Source: Minisyncoccia bacterium (GTDB lineage: Bacteria > Patescibacteriota > Minisyncoccia > Phycocordibacterales > Phycocordibacteraceae). Taken from it: 57,519 nucleotides of DNA. Of this stretch, positions 53,061-57,519 are shown piece after piece. The notes under the pieces were generated by a model that worked only from the letters and a program-made list of their open reading frames with translations, was not told the DNA's origin and searched no databases. The translations under genes and the position numbers were made by a program. The stretch covers positions 1 to 57,519 of the forward strand of contig JBAQPM010000005.1 in assembly GCA_049305795.1 (NCBI GenBank). The letters run 5' to 3'. Within the stretch, counting starts at the first letter, position 1, and each line of letters opens with the position of its first letter.

Positions 53061-54713
53061 CTATACCTTACGCGTTTTTAGATCTTTCACGGCCTTCAAA
53101 AATTCAGTGAAAAGGGGATGCGGAGAAAGCGGGCGCGCCTGAAGTTCTGGGTGAAATTGCGTACCGAGAAAGAATGGGTGCGAATCACGCGGGAGTTCGG
53201 CAATTTCCATCAAAACGCCATCGGGACTTTTTCCTGAAAATACGAGACCGGCATTTTCGATCTGTGAAATGTATTCGGGGTTTATTTCGTAGCGGTGGCG
53301 ATGGCGTTCTTCAATAACCTCAGTGTCATATGCTTCGCGCGCGATGGTTCCCTCTTTCAAATGCGCCGGATATGACCCGAGACGCATGGAGCCACCATAT
53401 TTTGCTTCTTTGATGAGTTCTTTCTGGTCAGGCATCACATCTACTACCGGCTGCGAAGTGTTGGGATTGATTTCAACGGTGTGTGCGTCTGTGAGACCTA
53501 CGACATGACGCGCGTATTCAATGACAGCAAGCTGCATACCGTAGCAAAGGCCGAAATATGGAATCTTATGTTCGCGCGCAAATTGAATGGCTTTGATTTT
53601 TCCTTCGATACCCGTTTCGCCAAACCCGCCTGGCACAATGATGCCGTCGTAAGCGGAAAGTTTCTCAACATCAGTTCCCTTTTCAAAATCTTTTGCATTG
53701 ATCCACTCAATAACGGGCTTTATCCCAAGCGCTGCTCCGGAAAATTTAATGGCCTCAATGACTGAAAGGTAGGCGTCCGAAAGAATGTAGTCGCCCGTAT
53801 CAAAATATTTCCCGACAATGCCAATGGTGATTTTCGGGTCTGTTACATGCGTGTTGGCGATAAAGGTGCTCCATTCTTTGAAATTTCCCGGTGCTTTTGG
53901 TTCGAGGCGAAGGGCGTGAAGCAGTGCGTCCCCAAGATTATCTTTTTCAAAATTAATGGGCACGTCGTAAATGCTTTCAACGTCCGGCGCAGAAACAATG
54001 CGGTCAGCGCGAACGGAAATAGCAATGGCAAGCTTTTCTTTTCGTTTGTCATCAAGCGGGTATTTCGCGCGGGCAATGAGGAAGTCGGGCTGCACGCCGT
54101 AGCTATTTAATTGCCGCACGGCATTTTGCGTTGGTTTGGTTTTCATTTCGCCAATGGTTCCTGGTATCGGCAAATACGAAACCATCACAAAGAGCACGTC
54201 GTCTGGATGTTGCATTTTAAGCACGCGCGCTGCCTCGATGAAAAGCGCGTTTTGAAAATCACCGACGGTTCCACCCACCTCAATCACCGAAACATTACTG
54301 CCGTTGTGGTCTGCAGCCGCTTCGATGCGGCGCATGATTTCATCGCGCACGTGCGGAATAGCTTCCACACATTTTCCGCCGTACCCAAGAGCCCGTTCCC
54401 GATCAATGACTGAGCGATACACCATGCCGCCCGTCATATAGTCTTCCGGTCCAAGGTCGCGCCCAAGGAAACGCTCGTAATTGCCCATGTCCTGGTCGGT
54501 TTCAAGACCGGAACGAAGCACGAACACTTCTCCGTGTTCGGTTGGATTCATCGTGCCTGCGTCCACATTTAAATATGGATCAATCTTTACGAGATTCACT
54601 TCGAATCCTCGCTCTTTCAAAATGAGACCCATTGAGGAAGTAGCAACACCCTTGCCCACGCCGGACATTACGCCTCCGAGGACGAATATGTATTTGTGGC
54701 CTTCCTTTGCCAT
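53061..54713 (-). CDS. pyrG: CTP synthase
   Basis: N-terminal synthetase motif GGVMSGVGKG and a GATase domain with GLCYGMQ and HRHRYE. Confidence 0.95.
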   Translation of the reverse strand: MAKEGHKYIFVLGGVMSGVGKGVATSSMGLILKERGFEVNLVKIDPYLNVDAGTMNPTEHGEVFVLRSGLETDQDMGNYERFLGRDLGPEDYMTGGMVYRSVIDRERALGYGGKCVEAIPHVRDEIMRRIEAAADHNGSNVSVIEVGGTVGDFQNALFIEAARVLKMQHPDDVLFVMVSYLPIPGTIGEMKTKPTQNAVRQLNSYGVQPDFLIARAKYPLDDKRKEKLAIAISVRADRIVSAPDVESIYDVPINFEKDNLGDALLHALRLEPKAPGNFKEWSTFIANTHVTDPKITIGIVGKYFDTGDYILSDAYLSVIEAIKFSGAALGIKPVIEWINAKDFEKGTDVEKLSAYDGIIVPGGFGETGIEGKIKAIQFAREHKIPYFGLCYGMQLAVIEYARHVVGLTDAHTVEINPNTSQPVVDVMPDQKELIKEAKYGGSMRLGSYPAHLKEGTIAREAYDTEVIEERHRHRYEINPEYISQIENAGLVFSGKSPDGVLMEIAELPRDSHPFFLGTQFHPELQARPLSPHPLFTEFLKAVKDLKTRKV

Positions 54714-54714
54714 A

Positions 54715-55644
54715 CTAAACCCGCAGATAACGCCTTACGGCTAAGAAACTTGCAATGCTACCAAGCACTATGCCCGAGCCGACGAGGATGCCAAAAATGA
54801 AGGCAAAATGGGTGGTGTAGTAGGTAAAGACATTAAACCCACCGAGCCACGACTCAAGTGCGCCTCCCACATACCAGGCTGCTGGGAAGAAGAGGAGAAG
54901 GGCGAGGAGGGATGCCAGCACGCCTGCAATGATACCGGCAACGATGAAGGGCCCGCGTATGTAGGCATTTGAAGCCCCCACAAGACGCATGACGCCTATT
55001 TCGTCGCGCGAGGAGTAGATAGCAAGGCGTATGGTTGCAAAAGTGATGACAGTGGAAGCAATGGCAAAGAGAATAACGATGATGAAGCCTGCCTGTTCGG
55101 TGGTTCGAATGGCTGCCGTAAGGCGATCAATGACTGTTTTGTTTTGGTAGTAGTTAATCCGATCAATGATAGAGACACCGCCTGGAGTAAGCGCTGGATC
55201 ATTTGAAAGAAAGTCTGCAATGGCACCGTATTGAGAAGGATCTTTTGCTTTTATGGAAATAGAAGCGTCAAGCGGATTTTCACCAAGCTCGTCGAGCGCT
55301 TGAAGCGTGAGTTGATCGTTTGCATGGCGATTACGGAATATTTCGAGCGCTTCTTCACGAGAGGTGTAGCTCACACGTTCGACTTCCGGAAGCTGTTTTA
55401 TTTTTTCTTCGAGCGCATGAATTTGTTCTTCGCTTGCCGTAGTAACGAAATACACATTCACATCCACCTTGTCGCGAATGGATTCAAGCGTGCCGCCCAA
55501 AATAGCAGACATAAAAATGAGCGAGCCGATGATGCCAAGCGTCACCGTCATGATGAGAACGGTTGCGACACTGACAGAGCCACCTCGAGCGAAGTGTTTT
55601 GAACCCGCTGCTGCTATTCGCCTAAAAGTTAACCACCAGTTCAT
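54715..55644 (-). CDS. ftsX: Cell-division ABC transporter permease-like protein FtsX
   Basis: One N-terminal TM helix, a periplasmic domain, then three C-terminal TM helices. 4-nt overlap with ftsE. Confidence 0.88.
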   Translation of the reverse strand: MNWWLTFRRIAAAGSKHFARGGSVSVATVLIMTVTLGIIGSLIFMSAILGGTLESIRDKVDVNVYFVTTASEEQIHALEEKIKQLPEVERVSYTSREEALEIFRNRHANDQLTLQALDELGENPLDASISIKAKDPSQYGAIADFLSNDPALTPGGVSIIDRINYYQNKTVIDRLTAAIRTTEQAGFIIVILFAIASTVITFATIRLAIYSSRDEIGVMRLVGASNAYIRGPFIVAGIIAGVLASLLALLLFFPAAWYVGGALESWLGGFNVFTYYTTHFAFIFGILVGSGIVLGSIASFLAVRRYLRV

Positions 55645-56321
55645 AAGACATATTGACCCCCCACATCATCGCGGACGATGCGACCCTTGTCCATGGTGAT
55701 AACGCGTTTGCCAATTGCATCAACGACACCTCGGTTATGCGTGGTGATGATGACGGTCGTGCCAATCTCGTTAATCCGTTTCAAAATCTCTACCACTTCA
55801 TAAGTGTTGATGGGATCAAGGTTTCCCGTTGGCTCGTCGGCCACGATGATGTCGGGCTGGTTGATGATGGCGCGACCAATAGCAACGCGTTGCTGTTCCC
55901 CACCCGACATTTGTCGGGGGAAATGGTCTGCTTTATCCATGAGATCAACGAGTTCAAGGATGTGGGGCACATCAGAAGCAATTTCGTCGTCTGGTCTTCC
56001 TGCAGCTTCCATGGCAAAAGCAATATTTTCATACGCCGTCTTGTTTGGAATGAGTTTGAAGTCCTGAAACACAGTTCCTATCTTGCGACGATAGTGGTGA
56101 AGAGCGCTTGAAGGCAGCGAATGCACATCAACAGACTCATAAAAAACCGAACCATCGCTCGGACGCTCTTCGGCAAGGAGAAGTTTAAGGAGTGTTGTCT
56201 TGCCCGCACCTGAGTGTCCAACAATGGACACGAATTCTTTCGGATTAACCGACAGTGTCACGTCTTCCACTGCGGGAGGATTCGCGCCGTATTGTTTCGT
56301 GACCTTGTCGAAATAAATCAT
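55641..56321 (-). CDS. ftsE: Cell-division ABC ATPase FtsE
   Basis: Walker A GHSGAGKTT, signature MSGGEQQR and Walker B IIVADEPTG. Confidence 0.92.
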   Translation of the reverse strand: MIYFDKVTKQYGANPPAVEDVTLSVNPKEFVSIVGHSGAGKTTLLKLLLAEERPSDGSVFYESVDVHSLPSSALHHYRRKIGTVFQDFKLIPNKTAYENIAFAMEAAGRPDDEIASDVPHILELVDLMDKADHFPRQMSGGEQQRVAIGRAIINQPDIIVADEPTGNLDPINTYEVVEILKRINEIGTTVIITTHNRGVVDAIGKRVITMDKGRIVRDDVGGQYVL

Positions 56322-56331
56322 CTTCAGTTGT

Positions 56332-57207
56332 CTATTCTAACCCATGTCCGCTCGCGGCGTCTATGAATTCGTCTAGGTCTCCCTGCAAAACTCGCTCGGG
56401 ATTACCTTCTTCATGCGAAGTTCGATGGTCTTTTACCATTTTATAAGGATGCAGCACATAGGAACGTATCTGACTTCCCCATTCATTTGCCGTGGTTTTT
56501 GCTATGGAACGTCCATCTTTTTCAGCCTTGCGCTGTTCTTCCTCCTTGGCAAAGATTTTCGCCTTAATAAGTTCCATCGCTTTCTCGCGGTTAGCCTGCT
56601 GACTTCGCTCGCTTGAAACATGCACGGAAAGATTCGTGGGTTTGTGGAGAATACGCACCGCTGTTTCTCTTTTGTTTACGTTTTGTCCGCCGGCACCTCC
56701 CGCCTTTGCAAATTGAATTTCAAGATCGTCCGGTTTTATCTCGACCTTGTCGGCTGCGGAAAGTTTAGGGAGGACTTCAACAAGGGCAAAAGAAGTTTGC
56801 CGTTTTCCTTGCGAATTAAAAGGTGAAATACGAACCAGACGGTGCACACCGGCTTCATGTTTGAGACGACCGTATGCCCCCTTGCCAGAAATTTCAATGA
56901 GGACGCTTCGGAAACCGCCTTGGCTGTTTTCATTCTCATCAAGTCGGCGCACACCCCAACCCTTTTTTACTCCGTATCCCTGATACATAGAAAGAAGCAT
57001 TGCCGCAAAATCTTCGGCGTCGTCTCCGCCTGCACCCGCAAGAATGGCAAGTGTTGCTCCGCCTCCATCATGTCCCTCGCCACTTCCGCCTTCTTTGAGT
57101 GATTGATATTCGCGCACAATTTCTTGTGCTCGGTCTTTGTCCGTCCAAAAGTCAGGCGACGCCATGAGCGCTTCGATTTCAAGCACTCTCTTCTCTGCGT
57201 CGGCCAT
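56332..57207 (-). CDS. prfB: Peptide chain release factor 2 (short form, no frameshift site seen)
   Basis: SPF tripeptide ([16 protein letters not shown]) and GGQ ([11 protein letters not shown]). The start is set at the ATG at 57207 ([12 protein letters not shown]), with TATAAT 7 nt upstream. The tracked ORF extends to 57270. Confidence 0.88.
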   Translation of the reverse strand: MADAEKRVLEIEALMASPDFWTDKDRAQEIVREYQSLKEGGSGEGHDGGGATLAILAGAGGDDAEDFAAMLLSMYQGYGVKKGWGVRRLDENENSQGGFRSVLIEISGKGAYGRLKHEAGVHRLVRISPFNSQGKRQTSFALVEVLPKLSAADKVEIKPDDLEIQFAKAGGAGGQNVNKRETAVRILHKPTNLSVHVSSERSQQANREKAMELIKAKIFAKEEEQRKAEKDGRSIAKTTANEWGSQIRSYVLHPYKMVKDHRTSHEEGNPERVLQGDLDEFIDAASGHGLE

Positions 57208-57283
57208 TGGGAGGATTATAACAAACAGCGCGTGCTGCTTTGAAACTTGAAAGCAGCGCCTTCGGTCCACCTGTTTATTTAAC

Positions 57284-57312
57284 TTGAACCGAGGGCGAGA
57301 CTTGAACTCGCG
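57284..57312 (-). repeat. Duplicated 3' fragment of tRNA-Thr (T arm plus 3' acceptor strand); pseudo-tRNA or att-like remnant
   Basis: 29 nt matching 57354-57382 with one mismatch, offset exactly 70 nt. No matching 5' acceptor strand or D arm lies upstream. Confidence 0.75.
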
Positions 57313-57356
57313 CGCCGCTCAAAGCGGCACCCTTGGCCCACTGCTTACTACATTTG

Positions 57357-57429
57357 AGCCGAGGGCGAGACTTGAACTCGCGACCCATTGCTTACGATGC
57401 AATTGCTCTACCAACTGAGCTACCTCGGC
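57357..57429 (-). tRNA. tRNA-Thr (anticodon CGU)
   Basis: Hand-folded 73-nt cloverleaf: acceptor GCCGAGG/CCTCGGC, D arm GCTC-AGTTGGTA-GAGC, anticodon stem ATTGC/GCAAT, loop ATCGTAA, T arm GCGAG-TTCAAGT-CTCGC. Confidence 0.9.
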
Positions 57430-57483
57430 GCACAACAAAACACCTTGCCTTTATACCGTTTTGAATGTCGAGACGCAATGTAA

Positions 57484-57519
57484 ATAAAAAGCGGCGGCGC
57501 GGATGGGAATCCGCGCCGT
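57484..57519 (-). terminator. Intrinsic terminator of a gene beyond the right edge (truncated by the window end)
   Basis: Stem ggcgcggat (57496-57504) / atccgcgcc (57509-57517). It is followed on the minus strand by GCCGC TTTTT A TTT. Confidence 0.5.

Noticed and set aside
57208-57290. Search for the canonical prfB +1 frameshift site (CUU UGA C) and an upstream short ORF
   Set aside because: I found no CTTTGAC on the sense strand and no in-phase upstream ORF. The gene appears to be a single frame.
57284-57356. Possible second tRNA downstream of tRNA-Thr
   Set aside because: Only the T arm and 3' acceptor strand are present. The best 5' partner (CCAAGGG) has a mismatch and leaves no D arm, and the variable region would be 1 nt. 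I call it a duplicated fragment, not a tRNA.
1-57519. CRISPR arrays, rRNA genes, IS elements/transposases, prophage structural genes
   Set aside because: Scanning by eye, I saw no regularly spaced 25-40-nt repeats, no rRNA-like segments, no transposase-like ORFs and no capsid, portal or terminase-like ORFs.

Overview
This is a gene-dense 57.5-kb bacterial window with most genes on the minus strand. The gene content includes many small secreted or membrane-anchored Cys-rich proteins, an ECF sigma factor with a DUF5667-type partner, sparse metabolism and many leaderless-looking gene starts. It suggests a Patescibacteria/CPR-like genome; this is inference only. RF2 is present and TGA is used as a stop, so the standard code applies.

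Positions 1-33.4 kb and 51.7-57.5 kb look like core genome. They carry DsbA-like, DEAD-box helicase, typA, an M16 peptidase, mltG, ECF sigma, ABC-F, an AI-2E transporter, AraC-Ogt, a P-type ATPase, two NUDIX genes, aroK, MFS, PAP2, two tandem M14 carboxypeptidases, Fur/Zur plus ZIP, pyrG, ftsEX, prfB and tRNA-Thr.

Positions ~36.6-51.7 kb are a visibly AT-richer integrative island, possibly starting at ~33.4 kb. It abuts tRNA-Gln(CUG), and a large serine recombinase gene at its right end runs into the tRNA 3' end. Its cargo is:
- an XRE-controlled Type I R-M system with a natural HsdM-HsdS fusion plus a coupled 351-aa accessory gene;
- a four-gene operon built around a Clp-fold (SDH-family) serine protease with three unplaceable partners, one membrane-anchored, which is my best candidate for an undescribed defence-type system;
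- a DUF559 nuclease-fold gene and secreted proteins;
- a ~380-nt non-coding region with 10-bp-phased TTCCC repeats and mutually exclusive GC-rich hairpins ending in a terminator-like hairpin directly before a start codon.

No CRISPR array, rRNA or transposase was seen. All family assignments come from motif recognition by eye, not from searches.
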